Below, in pieces: positions 1 through 9,657 of a stretch of DNA of 64,000 nucleotides (within the stretch, counting starts at the first letter, position 1; each line of letters opens with the position of its first letter). The notes beneath the pieces are model-generated. The model did not search any database. It saw only the letters and a program-made list of their open reading frames with translations, and had not been told where the DNA came from. The stretch comes from an uncultured Gemmatimonadales bacterium (lineage in GTDB: Bacteria; Gemmatimonadota; Gemmatimonadetes; Gemmatimonadales; Gemmatimonadaceae). Where the stretch lies: the NCBI GenBank assembly GCA_963850905.1, contig CAWKMU010000003.1, positions 800,001 through 864,000 of the forward strand, read 5' to 3'. Both the position numbers and the translations under genes were made by a program.

Positions 1-104
1 ACAACGCCCGACAGGAACGCGATACGCAGGGGCCACGCATGCGTCGCCCTCGGCTGCCGCACCCGCACATTCGATCTGGTTCGCACGGACTTCGATCCAA
101 ACAT
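1..104 (-). CDS. 5' part of a probable secreted/membrane protein running off the left edge
   Basis: GAGG RBS 8 nt before ATG at 104; reads MFGSKSVRTRSNVRVRQPRATHAWPLRIAFLSGV (basic n-region, then the start of a hydrophobic stretch); open to the window edge. Confidence 0.45.
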   Translation of the reverse strand, partial: MFGSKSVRTRSNVRVRQPRATHAWPLRIAFLSGV

Positions 105-334
105 CACACCATCCTCTTGCTGGCACCGGGGAAGGCCTCCCCGGTCGGGTACATCCGCATCAAGCGTCCCAAATAATACGTCGCGTGCAGGTCGTCGCTA
201 AAGCTGACACACGTTCGAGATGCGACAGGGCGAAGCCACCCACGCATTGATTCGCCCTCGCGACCCCGGGCCGTAAGTGCCCCACCGGTAAATGAACGGG
301 CCGGCGATCCGTTTTATGACAGACGTGCCAACTC

Positions 335-505
335 AACTGCGGGGCCAGGGGTTGGGGGGTCAGGGACCAGGAACAAATCGAAGGGCCAGTGGCTGCGCAC
401 CGCGACCGACCTTGGACCGGTAGGGGCGACGCAGTGCGTCGCCCGTCGTTGTCGTTGCGGTTGTCGTTCCCTGACCCCTGACGCCCGACCGCTGACCCCG
501 CCGTT
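335..505 (+). repeat. Composite heptamer-arm/GTAG-REP element, full copy
   Basis: AACTGCGGGG...CCCCGCCGTT ends; GGGGTCA-like and TGACCCC arms; core GTAGGGGCGACGCAGTGCGTCGCCC at 420-444. Confidence 0.9.
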
Positions 506-539
506 TGCTTTCCTGTCCTCCCCTCTTTCCTGTCCTCCC

Positions 540-1475
540 CTATTGATGCGCCAGCGCCGGCATGATCGACTGTACGGAGCTCAATCGCTCACCGAGCGCG
601 GCCGGCACCACCTGGCACGCCGCCACCGCCGCGGGTCTCGCATACCGCCGCAGCGCCTCGCGGGCGGGCCCGAGCACCAGGTCGCCCAGTACGACACCGA
701 GCGAGCCAAGCACGACAAGCTGGGGATTCAACACATCGACGAGCGTGGCCATCCCGGACCCCAACCACCGCGCGGACTCCGTGACCACCTCGACCGCGTC
801 AGGGTCGCCCGCCAGCGCCGCATCCACGATCGTGCGGATCTCGGGGGTGGTCGGCCAGCGCGCCGGGAACATGCGGTGCGCCAGCAGCGTCAGTCCCCGG
901 CCCGACGCGTACTCCTCCCACCCGCCGCCTGCCTTCACACGAGCGTCGTCCGGGGGAGCGACACGTAGCGTCGCCAGCTCACCCGCAGTCTCGCTCGCCC
1001 CCCGCAGGATCTTCCCGTGCACGATGATCCCGGCACCCATCCCGGTACCGTAAACCAGGAAAATCATGTGCTCGAGGCCCGCCCGGATGCGCCCAGCCCC
1101 AAACCAGAACTCGGCCAGCGCCCCCGCCTTGGCATCGTGGTCGAGATACACGGGCAGCCCCGGGAACCGGGCCTCGACCGCGTCCTTGAGTCTCAGATTA
1201 TGCCAGCCCGGGAGGTTGGGCGGATTGATGATCACCCCCTCGATTGCCCGAAGCGGTCCCGGCGAGACGATACTGATCGCCTTGGGCGTCCGACCCGCCG
1301 CACGGGCCGTCTGCAGCGTCTCATCGATCAACCCAGCAAGCGCGGGAAATGTGTCCGCGAACGGGCGCGCCCCCTCCGTCGGGTGGCTCACCCGCTGCAA
1401 GGTGTCGCCCGTCACCGTCGATTCTACGATCGCAGTCTTTGTCCCGCCGATGTCGACGCCAATGATCGTGTCCAT
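540..1475 (-). CDS. ROK family sugar kinase (glucokinase-like)
   Basis: N-terminal GVDIGGTK ATP-binding motif, DAKAGALAE, GTGMGAGII, GELA; no N-terminal HTH; lacks the Cys-rich Zn motif. Confidence 0.9.
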   Translation of the reverse strand: MDTIIGVDIGGTKTAIVESTVTGDTLQRVSHPTEGARPFADTFPALAGLIDETLQTARAAGRTPKAISIVSPGPLRAIEGVIINPPNLPGWHNLRLKDAVEARFPGLPVYLDHDAKAGALAEFWFGAGRIRAGLEHMIFLVYGTGMGAGIIVHGKILRGASETAGELATLRVAPPDDARVKAGGGWEEYASGRGLTLLAHRMFPARWPTTPEIRTIVDAALAGDPDAVEVVTESARWLGSGMATLVDVLNPQLVVLGSLGVVLGDLVLGPAREALRRYARPAAVAACQVVPAALGERLSSVQSIMPALAHQ

Positions 1476-1590
1476 AAATGATCGTCGATTGACTGTGGGA
1501 GCTGGCCGATTCGACGCCGTTCGTGGTGCCGTGGGCCGCGCAGGCGGCGTGGTGCCGCCCCTCTAAAGGCGAGCGGAGACCACGACGAAG

Positions 1591-4500
1591 CTAACGACGA
1601 CGGGTTGCGAACGGGCGCACGACACGGCGCTGGTTGGTGCGTACCGCGACAATCCCGGTCACGACACCCAGGAGGATCAGGACGCACCACGCGACGACGG
1701 TCTGCGTGGTGGGTCCCGGGCTGCGGAGGGGAGGGCGCGCGAGCGGATCGCCAACGACCGTAAACGCCGCCCAGTCTGCAGTTCGCACACCGCGCGCGAT
1801 CGCGTCGCGCTTCGCGGACTCGAGCGCGTCCCCCACCGGGAGACCGCGGGCCATCGCGGCGTAGAACGCGGCCACGATCGGCACAATCGCCCGGTCGCCC
1901 ACTCGCCACTGCGTCGCCACGACCGAGCGCGCTCCGGCAGCGAGCAGAGGCACGGTCAGCCCCTGCACCCCATCGCCGTCGATCACGACCCCGCCCGCGG
2001 TGCGGCACCCCGACAACACCACCAGATCGGCGTCGAGGCGCAGTGACGCCAGTTGCATCGGCGTCACGAAGCCGGATTCTCCACTCCCCGCCGCGAGCAC
2101 CAACGCGGTCCGCGCCACACTCCGCTCATCGACGAGCGCGTGAGTCGCGACATGAATCACGCGATACCCATCGAGTGGCGCATGCAGCAGGTACGCGGCG
2201 CTCGCCGCCTCTCGCAACCGGACGTCGGCGGACGGCGCGTACCGGGCCACGAGCCGCGCCTCCTCCGCGGACGCGCTGAGGCGCTCGAGGCCACCGTTCG
2301 AATCGGCCACGTCGCGATACGGATTGACCGATGTGCGCTCGGCACCCCCCGGCAGCACTGGAAACGCGGGATCCCCCAGCGCGAGCAGTCGTGGCGGCCG
2401 CCGATCCCCGCCGGCCGGGTGCGGTCGCCGCCAGAGAGCTCGCAGTACGGCGGCCGACGGAGCGATCGTGATCGCATACTTCGCCGCCAGCGGTTCTCCA
2501 TCCGAGGTGCGGAGCGCGTCGAAGGGAACACGATAGATCGGGCCGTCGGGCACGATGATGAGATGCGTCACGTCGGGTCCGAGCTCGCGCAGGGCGACAC
2601 CCAGAAGCGATCGGCCGATCGTGGTCGACAGCGCGACTGCATCATCGCCGCCCTCGAGCAACGCCACGAACCGCTCGATCGGGCCCAACAACGAGTCCGC
2701 ACTGGGAGCCGTGTACGCCTGCAACACCGCAGAACGCAGCCCAAGCGGCGACCGGACCGGAGACTGCGCGATGACGAACACGGTGGTGGGTGCACCATAG
2801 GCACCGGTGACGAATTCCACGAAGGCCGTATGGCGATCCGGCAGCACGGCCGCCACCGAGTCCGCCTCACCCTGTTCGCCAGTGGCGCGCGCGGCAACGT
2901 CCCCGCTCCGGGTCAGGCTGCCCGGCGGCTTCGCTGCCGCGTCCGACGACGTGTCCACCGCCGCGTCGCGCAGCGCGGCGAGGCGGACCAGCCGATTCGC
3001 CAGATCGCGCGCGCGACGTCGCTCGGCCAGCGCAAACGCGACCGACGGACGCTGCGCCGCCAGCACGGCAAGCACCGTCGCGGTCGCGGCGTCGCGGTCG
3101 TTCGCTTCGGTCGCTCCAACCTGAAAGACGTACGGCCGCAGCGCGCGGTCGGTGAGCGTGCCGCGCCAGGCGTCGAGCTCGTCCTCCGCGGCCGTCATCT
3201 CGAGATCCGTTCGGTCCAAGAGACCTTGGCGCGCTTCGGTCTCCGCCAGAAATGCCCGCGCGGCATATCGCATGACATGCTCCGCGGTATCGAGGGTCTG
3301 CAGGTACCGCGTGAAGGCCGCACCTGCAGCCGCTGGCCGATCCTCGGCGAGCGCGAGCCGGCCCCGATCGACATCCAGACTCGCGTACCACCGCGGTTGC
3401 CGACGCGCCCGAGATAACGCTTCCGCAGCCACCAGCGAGCGCTCGGCGGCCGGCAGATCGCCGGCACGAATATCGATCGCGACAAGGTCTCGCCACTCCT
3501 CGAACTCCGCCGGGTCCCCGATCTTGTGGTCGAAGTCGCGGGCTTGCTGCGCCAGATCGCGGGCGACCGACCACTGCCCCGCATCGACGGCGAGATCCGC
3601 GCGGTACGTGCGCACGAGCGCCCGCCCGCTCTCATCCTGCATCGTGTCGTACAGCGCCGTCGCGCGATCGAGGTAGGTCCCCGCACTCACGAGATCGTTG
3701 AGCAGGAGCGCCACGGACGCGAGGCCGACATTCGCAGACGCGAGCGCGTACAGATTGTGCGATGCATCCGCCTCGGCTTGCGCGGCGAGCACGTATTCCT
3801 TGTACGGCCCGATGTCGCCGCGGTTGTGGAAAATGTCTCCGTGGCGCATCAGCGTCTCGGCCAGCGTTGCGCGGTCGTGCACCCGACGCTCGATCCGCTC
3901 GACCGTGGTTAACACGACCGCGCTCGAGTCGTACGCAGCGCTCAACTCGAGGCCAAGCGCGAGGGCGCGTAGCGCACGCGCCTCCTCGCGCGGTTCACCG
4001 GCGCGGTGCGCGAGCACCGCGGCCGCCCGCGCGCGCGTGGCTGCGTCCGGATGGGACAGCACGGTGGCAAAGAGCGCCCGGCGCACGGCGATGGCAGCCT
4101 CGAGGTCGCTCACGTGGGGAGGGATCACGCGCGCCGCGGTATCGAGCAACGCGTTGCCGATGGAGATCCCGAGCTGCGCCGCGCGATTGACCGATCTCCC
4201 GACGAGCGCCTCGCTCTCCGCTGTGCGATCCGGGATCGAGCGAGCCATGACTCGGGCACGGACAAACGCACTGTCCGCGCGGGCCTGCAATCCCCGGGCG
4301 TCATACGACCAGCCGAGGCCCAACGCCGCGTAGACCGATACGGCATCGGCACCCGAGACACCCGCCTGGCGCGCGCTCGATGCGACTGGCATCAGCGCCG
4401 TCAGCGCCGCGTCGGCGTCATCGTATCGGTAGGTGAACCGCGCGATGGTCGCCAGGCCGAGTGCCGAGAGTCGGTCGCCCGGGTCTGCCGCGACCGCCTT

Positions 4501-4638
4501 CGCCCACCGCGCTTCCACAACGCTCGCACTATCCCCCTCGACCGCTCGCAGCGCATGCGCCACGACCGCGCGCGCTGAACTGTCAGCTCCGCCGGGCGGG
4601 ATCGCGATGAGGGCAGCCCCAATGGCGTGGAGGAGCAT
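1591..4638 (-). CDS. CHAT (caspase-like) domain protein with TPR-like helical region
   Basis: IIVPDGPIYRVPF, HVATHA (His), LVVLSGCRT (Cys), GARSVVATQWRVGD, WAAFTVVG; hydrophobic N-terminus; C-terminal TM segment with basic tail. Confidence 0.88.
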   Translation of the reverse strand: MLLHAIGAALIAIPPGGADSSARAVVAHALRAVEGDSASVVEARWAKAVAADPGDRLSALGLATIARFTYRYDDADAALTALMPVASSARQAGVSGADAVSVYAALGLGWSYDARGLQARADSAFVRARVMARSIPDRTAESEALVGRSVNRAAQLGISIGNALLDTAARVIPPHVSDLEAAIAVRRALFATVLSHPDAATRARAAAVLAHRAGEPREEARALRALALGLELSAAYDSSAVVLTTVERIERRVHDRATLAETLMRHGDIFHNRGDIGPYKEYVLAAQAEADASHNLYALASANVGLASVALLLNDLVSAGTYLDRATALYDTMQDESGRALVRTYRADLAVDAGQWSVARDLAQQARDFDHKIGDPAEFEEWRDLVAIDIRAGDLPAAERSLVAAEALSRARRQPRWYASLDVDRGRLALAEDRPAAAGAAFTRYLQTLDTAEHVMRYAARAFLAETEARQGLLDRTDLEMTAAEDELDAWRGTLTDRALRPYVFQVGATEANDRDAATATVLAVLAAQRPSVAFALAERRRARDLANRLVRLAALRDAAVDTSSDAAAKPPGSLTRSGDVAARATGEQGEADSVAAVLPDRHTAFVEFVTGAYGAPTTVFVIAQSPVRSPLGLRSAVLQAYTAPSADSLLGPIERFVALLEGGDDAVALSTTIGRSLLGVALRELGPDVTHLIIVPDGPIYRVPFDALRTSDGEPLAAKYAITIAPSAAVLRALWRRPHPAGGDRRPPRLLALGDPAFPVLPGGAERTSVNPYRDVADSNGGLERLSASAEEARLVARYAPSADVRLREAASAAYLLHAPLDGYRVIHVATHALVDERSVARTALVLAAGSGESGFVTPMQLASLRLDADLVVLSGCRTAGGVVIDGDGVQGLTVPLLAAGARSVVATQWRVGDRAIVPIVAAFYAAMARGLPVGDALESAKRDAIARGVRTADWAAFTVVGDPLARPPLRSPGPTTQTVVAWCVLILLGVVTGIVAVRTNQRRVVRPFATRRR

Positions 4639-4658
4639 GCAGGGAACTTAGGTGACCT

Positions 4659-4815
4659 GGGCCGGGACCAGGGGTCCGTGGGGCTCGGGTCGGGGAACAA
4701 ATCATAAAGCCGACCGCGCCCCGCGGCTGCCCCCGGACCGGTAGGGGCGACGCATTGCGTCGCCCGTCGTTGTCGCGGCGGGGGTTGCCGTTCCCCGAGC
4801 CCTGGCCCCCACCCC
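4659..4815 (+). repeat. Composite heptamer-arm/GTAG-REP element, diverged copy
   Basis: GGGAACAAATC, core GTAGGGGCGACGCATTGCGTCGCCC at 4741-4765, GTCGTTGTCG..GTTCCC right part; ends approximate. Confidence 0.85.
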
Positions 4816-6087
4816 TCAGTGCGTCACCACCGTCCCCATTTTCACCACCTCAAAATCACTCCCCTGGAGCTGCGTCATCGCGTGCAGCTCGTCGTCACTC
4901 CACCGCGGGTCGGGTGCGCCGCTGACGAAGAACGCGGAGCCGTTATCGGCCAGGAACATGCCGTATTTCTGCAGCGCTTTGAGAATGACCTGCACGTGGG
5001 CGGGGAATCCGGCGATGTTGACGCTCGCCTTGAGGCGCACGCGCATACCCATGGGCGGCAGGCTGCTACTCGTGTCGGAGCTCGCATAATGCCGAGCTGG
5101 AGCGACGTAGGCGTGCCGCGTGGTCGGGCAGGTGAAGCGCAGCGCATGCGTGATCGCGCCGTGTAGCACGACCTCGTCGTAGCGCACGAGGCCCGCCAGG
5201 ATTGGGAGCCCGGCGGCATCGGCCGATGTCCAGCCCGCAGGGCGCAGCGAGTCCGATGCGAGATTGAAGACCGCGCCGGATCCGGCAGTCCAACTGGCAC
5301 CACCGTTCACCGGCACCGCGTCAAACATCTCGTACAGCTTCCAATGGTCAATGTCGACGATGAGCACGTGCCGGTCGCCGGTCCCGCTCGGCCCACCTTC
5401 GATCGGCGCGTACGGCGGGATGGGATAGGGGCCGGGGTCGCTCTCAGAGGCATAGTTGAAGCTCACCGGCACGAGTGGCTGCGTGCCGTGGACCACCACG
5501 TACGGAATCCCGTTCGGCGCGCCGTCCCACACAGTACCAAAATCCGGATGCAACGGGCTCGAAGCGCCGCAGCTCGCAATGAGCGTGTTCGAGTTCGAGT
5601 CGACCGGCATCGCCGACACGTCGGCGTTCCAGGCGTTGTCAGCCGGAAAAAATTGCCGGCCGCCGAGGGAACCGCTGCCGTTCCCAAAAGCGACGAACGA
5701 CGCCCCCTGAGTTCCGACGGTCGCAGCCAATGCGTTGCCAATGAATGTCGTGTCGACGGTCCACTGGGTGCTCGCGTGCCCCTGGCCATCCGTCACGATC
5801 GTCGTGGGGCTCACGCCTCCCGATCCTGGCCCGGCTAGCCACGTCACGGTTACGCCGGAATCCGGATTGCCGCGGGCATCGGTGACGCGCACGATGATGG
5901 GGTTGGCGAGCGCGGTGCCGAGGGTGGCGGTCTGGCTATCCCCGCTGACCTTGGCAATCGAAATCCCCGATCCGCCGCCCGATCCCGACCCTGGCCCGGT
6001 TGACCCCGCGGGGCTGCCGCAGCCGAGTGCCAAAGCGATGACCGCCGCCAGCCATGTGCGGTCGGCAACCGTCTCGAGGGGTGACAT
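4816..6087 (-). CDS. Lipoprotein with bacterial Ig-like domain and a C-terminal domain of unknown function
   Basis: Lipobox LALGC; Ig-like motif KVSGDSQTATLGTALANPIIVRVTD; C-terminal DRHVLIVD...SADAAGLP...HALRF...YGMFLADNG. Confidence 0.75.
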   Translation of the reverse strand: MSPLETVADRTWLAAVIALALGCGSPAGSTGPGSGSGGGSGISIAKVSGDSQTATLGTALANPIIVRVTDARGNPDSGVTVTWLAGPGSGGVSPTTIVTDGQGHASTQWTVDTTFIGNALAATVGTQGASFVAFGNGSGSLGGRQFFPADNAWNADVSAMPVDSNSNTLIASCGASSPLHPDFGTVWDGAPNGIPYVVVHGTQPLVPVSFNYASESDPGPYPIPPYAPIEGGPSGTGDRHVLIVDIDHWKLYEMFDAVPVNGGASWTAGSGAVFNLASDSLRPAGWTSADAAGLPILAGLVRYDEVVLHGAITHALRFTCPTTRHAYVAPARHYASSDTSSSLPPMGMRVRLKASVNIAGFPAHVQVILKALQKYGMFLADNGSAFFVSGAPDPRWSDDELHAMTQLQGSDFEVVKMGTVVTH

Positions 6088-6263
6088 CGCGCCTCCGGCT
6101 AGATAGTGGATCTCGGCTAGCGGGGCGCGGCCCGGCGGCGCGTGGGCGAACTAGGCCGCCGAGCTCATGGTCTTCTTGTCCGACCTAGGCCGCTTCTGTC
6201 CATCTCGGCCCCGCTCTTCGGGCCGAGAGGTGGACGATCGAGAAAACGAGTCGTAACTCGTTG

Positions 6264-6554
6264 TCAGGCCGTCGCTTCCCCAGTTGTGGGGTCGATCACT
6301 CGCGTGACGCGATGGACGGCGTTCGCAGGAAATCCGCCGCGCTTCGCATGTTCGAGGATCGCATCGGCGTTCGCCGCATTGTAGACGCAGAACAGCTTGT
6401 CGCCCGTGACGTAGCTCTCGACCCACTGCACGTCCTTGCCCTCGGTGGTCATGTCGTGCAGCACCTTATTCGACGAGGCCGAGATGCCTTGCAACTCCTG
6501 CTGTGTCAGTTTGCCTGCACCGGCGAGCTCGCGCTCGATGACGAACTTGGGCAT
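6264..6554 (-). CDS. DUF4242 domain protein (96 aa)
   Basis: MPKFVIERE...WVESYVTGDKLFCVYNA...EHAKRGGFPAN pattern; start at internal ATG 6554. Confidence 0.85.
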   Translation of the reverse strand: MPKFVIERELAGAGKLTQQELQGISASSNKVLHDMTTEGKDVQWVESYVTGDKLFCVYNAANADAILEHAKRGGFPANAVHRVTRVIDPTTGEATA

Positions 6555-6725
6555 AGCGGGATCCCGGAATGGGGTGGTGAAGGAAGTGTGAAAAAGGTTG
6601 GTCAACCCTGGCCGATTGGCAACCCCCTTGTCGCTCGGGGACTCGCGCGCAAGTTCCCTTGCCATGAACGCGACAGCGGACCGCGCGCGCCACGTCCGTC
6701 CGACGCCCACTGGCGGCGCCCGGGC

Positions 6726-6872
6726 ATGACGCAGAACCCACCGAAGAGATCGCAAGCCGGGCCTCGATCCCGACGTCGGGTGCTCATCGTCGCCATGCTG
6801 CGCGACCCGCAACTATGGGTCCCTGTGATTGCGCTGGGCGTCGGGCTCCTCGTGCTCCAGTGGGTCCGCTGA
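6726..6872 (+). CDS. Small single-TM protein (48 aa) directly upstream of the sugar transporter
   Basis: MTQNPPKRSQAGPRSRRRVLIVAMLRDPQLWVPVIALGVGLLVLQWVR; its stop abuts the transporter ATG (TGA-ATG). Confidence 0.55.
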   Translation: MTQNPPKRSQAGPRSRRRVLIVAMLRDPQLWVPVIALGVGLLVLQWVR

Positions 6873-8156
6873 ATGGCCGTCGTGACAGTGGATGAGCCAG
6901 GGATAGACGCTCGAATCCGGCAACTCCATGCGGCCGGCGTGTGGTCAGGTCTCACCGCCGGCGTCTGGCTGGGAGCGGCGGAAGCCCCCACCAAACTCGT
7001 GGCCGCGGGCCTGTCGCCCATCCTCGTCTCGCTCTGCATGGTGCTGGGCGTGTTCCTCGGCCGCTGGAGCATCCCCGCACTCGTCCGCGGGATGGGGTAC
7101 GTCCGGGCTGACGTGCAACAGGCGCCGCATCTCATCGTCTGGGGAGTGCTCGGGGGGTGTCTGTGGGCGGTCGCGAACACGCTGACGGTGTTTGCCATTC
7201 GAGACGTGGGCCTCAGCGTCGCGTTCCCGCTGTGGAACATGAACAGCTTGATCGGGCTGCTGTGGGGTGTCGTCTTCTTCAATGAGTTGCGCGGGACGGC
7301 CCATGCACGACGGCTCGCCGTCATTGGCGGCGCGGTCCTGATGTGTGTCGCCGCGGCGGTCGTCGCTGCCGCCTCGACGGGCACGGTCGCCGGCGGTCAC
7401 GCCACGCGCGGTATCATCGCGGCTTTCACTGCCGCCCTGCTGTGGGGCACGATGTACATCCCCTATCGGAAGGCGTACATCACCGGCCTCAGCCCGCTGT
7501 CGTTCTTGACCTTCTTCACTGTGGGCGAGCTCGGGACAATGGCCCTCCTCGCGCACGGCGACTCCGGCGGGTGGGGCAGCCTGCTGCACACACTCGTGCG
7601 GGCACGTCCCGCGCTCCTGTGGTTGCTTCTGGGCGGCTTCGTCTGGGTGATCGGCGACCTATTCCAGCAGTATGCGGCGAAGTACGTCGGCATTAGCCGC
7701 GGCATCCCCCTTTCCAACACGAACCAGCTGTGGGGACTCTTGTGGGGCGTTCTGGTATTCGGTGAACTGCGCGCCGCACCTGTCGGCACCCTGATCCAGG
7801 TCGTGGGCGGTTCGCTCGTCATGGCCCTCGCAGCTGGCATGATCGCCCTGGCGAGCGCCGATCGAGGTGAGCTCCAGGCCTGGCAGGCCGCCGCCACGCG
7901 CGAGACGGCACGCTATGGTGTCGACGAGCGCTATGCCTTGCTTCGCCGTCTCGGACAGCCCGCGTTGGATCAGGTGAAGGACCGCAACTGGATCGATTGG
8001 GTCATCATCTCGGTCGCAACCGCAGCCTTCGTCGCCGCGGCCTTGGGCGCCGCCCGCCCACAGATCCCGTTCAACGCAGGCTGGGGGATGGTGTTGGTAG
8101 GGGTCCTGGTGGCCGCGGCCGTCGTGTCCGCGATTCGGCTCCGGGGCAGAGACTGA
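6873..8156 (+). CDS. GRP family (glucose/ribose porter, DMT superfamily) transporter
   Basis: About 10-12 TM helices with an internal repeat: GLSVAFPLWNMNSLIGLLWGVVFFNE / GISRGIPLSNTNQLWGLLWGVLVFGE. Confidence 0.8.
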   Translation: MAVVTVDEPGIDARIRQLHAAGVWSGLTAGVWLGAAEAPTKLVAAGLSPILVSLCMVLGVFLGRWSIPALVRGMGYVRADVQQAPHLIVWGVLGGCLWAVANTLTVFAIRDVGLSVAFPLWNMNSLIGLLWGVVFFNELRGTAHARRLAVIGGAVLMCVAAAVVAAASTGTVAGGHATRGIIAAFTAALLWGTMYIPYRKAYITGLSPLSFLTFFTVGELGTMALLAHGDSGGWGSLLHTLVRARPALLWLLLGGFVWVIGDLFQQYAAKYVGISRGIPLSNTNQLWGLLWGVLVFGELRAAPVGTLIQVVGGSLVMALAAGMIALASADRGELQAWQAAATRETARYGVDERYALLRRLGQPALDQVKDRNWIDWVIISVATAAFVAAALGAARPQIPFNAGWGMVLVGVLVAAAVVSAIRLRGRD

Positions 8157-8162
8157 AGGGCG

Positions 8163-8357
8163 AACGGCGGGGCAGGGGTCAGGGGCAGGGGTCAGGGGTC
8201 AGGGAACAATCGAAAGGCCGATCGCAGCGCACCGCGACCGGCCTCGGACCGGTAGGGGCGACGCATTGCGTCGCCCGTTGTTGCGTTGGGGTTGTCGTTC
8301 CCTGACCCCTGACCCTTATCCGCCGTTCCCCCGCCCCTGACCCCTAATCCCGCCGTT
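8163..8357 (+). repeat. Composite heptamer-arm/GTAG-REP element, full copy
   Basis: AACGGCGGGG, (GGGGTCA)n, inner hairpin, core 8252-8276, (TGACCCC)n, duplicated CGCCGTT end; between convergent genes. Confidence 0.92.
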
Positions 8358-8363
8358 TGCCGT

Positions 8364-8798
8364 TCACGGCAAACTGTCATTCACCGGGATGCTATCGTGC
8401 GGCATGGCCCCGCCGATCGAATCGAAGTGGGCGCGGATGCCACGAATCGTATCGACCGACGAGACGAACCCGGACTTGCCCTGACCAGTCGCCAACACGT
8501 CCAGGTAGTACGTCCCTGGCGCGGTCGCAGGCACCGCCGCGACATAGTCGTTCGAGGTATCGACGCCTTGAGGAAACGACCCGAGGTACCCCGCGGATCC
8601 GCCGGCAACCGCCTGCGCGCTATCGCCGTACGCGAGGATGTACACCGTGATGTTCACGGTGAACTTGGGGGCTCCAATGTGGCCATAGACGACCGCGTAT
8701 GGCGTCTGGCTCTGCGGACCGGACGGCGTCGTAGAGTCCAAGCACGCGACCGTTAGGGCCGCGGCCAGGATGCCAAGAGTTGTACAGAGACGATGCAT
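8364..8798 (-). CDS. Hypothetical lipoprotein
   Basis: MHRLCTTLGILAAALTVAC lipobox, then a beta-rich Ig-like sequence. Confidence 0.65.
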   Translation of the reverse strand: MHRLCTTLGILAAALTVACLDSTTPSGPQSQTPYAVVYGHIGAPKFTVNITVYILAYGDSAQAVAGGSAGYLGSFPQGVDTSNDYVAAVPATAPGTYYLDVLATGQGKSGFVSSVDTIRGIRAHFDSIGGAMPHDSIPVNDSLP

Positions 8799-8863
8799 TG
8801 AGCGAAACCAGCGAAGGTACCTCAACAGTAACGCGTGTGCGTTCGTCGGCCAAAGTCCACGGC

Positions 8864-9628
8864 TCATGGGTCGCTCCGCCGTCGCGGCCCTACGGGCTCG
8901 CCCGGCCCCCGGGCGTGAGGCATGGCCGGTGGCGCTTCGGGTGATGCGGCGGCGTGATTGCTCGAAAGGCCTGATGCAGGTGGCACGTTTGGACGATGCC
9001 TCGCGCGCGGGCCGGGTCGGTTGGGACGTTCGAGCGTGGCCGCCGCCACCCGGCGGTGGGGACCCAACAGCGCCTCGAGATCGGCCCGAAGCCAGTCCAG
9101 CAGCTGGCCCTCGCGGTGAATGGCCCAGTTGATGAGCGAACCGCCCGTCATGGCTTGGATGGCACGAGCGAGCTGCCCGACGTCGCTCGGCGCGAGCTCG
9201 CCGATCGAGATCGCCTCTCGCAGGAGGACCTCGTATCCGGCGAGCGAGCGCTGCGCTCCCGAGAGTGCGAGTGTATGGAACGCGGGATCGCTCAAATCGA
9301 TCTGGAGGAAGGCCAGGTGATTGGCGAGGGCTTCGGGAGATTCGACCTGCCGGGCCATGTCCGTCGCCGCCACCAGGAGCGCGTCAAGGGGCGTGCCCGT
9401 TGCGCGGCGGGCCGCGGCGAAGCAGTCGTCGATCGACGTGGCGCCATATTCAGCGAGTGCCAGCAAGAGGCCGCGCTTGGAGCCGAACCGCTGCAACAGC
9501 GTAGCGGGCGACAAGCCCACCTCCCGACCGACCTCTGTCAGCGTCAGTCGTCCGGGCCCGACCCGCGAAATCGCGCGAATCGCCCCTTCGAGGATCTCAG
9601 CGTCGGTAGCGGTGCGAGGCCTTGGCAT
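8864..9628 (-). CDS. TetR/AcrR family transcriptional regulator
   Basis: ILEGAIRAISRVG..LTLTEVGREVGLSPATLLQRFGSKRGLL HTH. Confidence 0.9.
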   Translation of the reverse strand: MPRPRTATDAEILEGAIRAISRVGPGRLTLTEVGREVGLSPATLLQRFGSKRGLLLALAEYGATSIDDCFAAARRATGTPLDALLVAATDMARQVESPEALANHLAFLQIDLSDPAFHTLALSGAQRSLAGYEVLLREAISIGELAPSDVGQLARAIQAMTGGSLINWAIHREGQLLDWLRADLEALLGPHRRVAAATLERPNRPGPRARHRPNVPPASGLSSNHAAASPEAPPAMPHARGPGEPVGPRRRSDP

Positions 9629-9657
9629 GAGCTAAGAGAAGGTAGCTAGTTGCCGTC

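Noticed and set aside
2053..3417. Long antisense or alternate-frame ORFs (also 15523-16542, 31035-32216, 36107-37348, 48408-49601, 51393-52838, 57078-58289)
   Set aside because: Shadow ORFs expected in high-GC DNA opposite well-supported genes; Arg/Pro/Ala-rich with no motifs.
1591..4638. CRISPR-associated or gasdermin-linked defence protease
   Set aside because: No cas, gasdermin or NTPase partner is adjacent.
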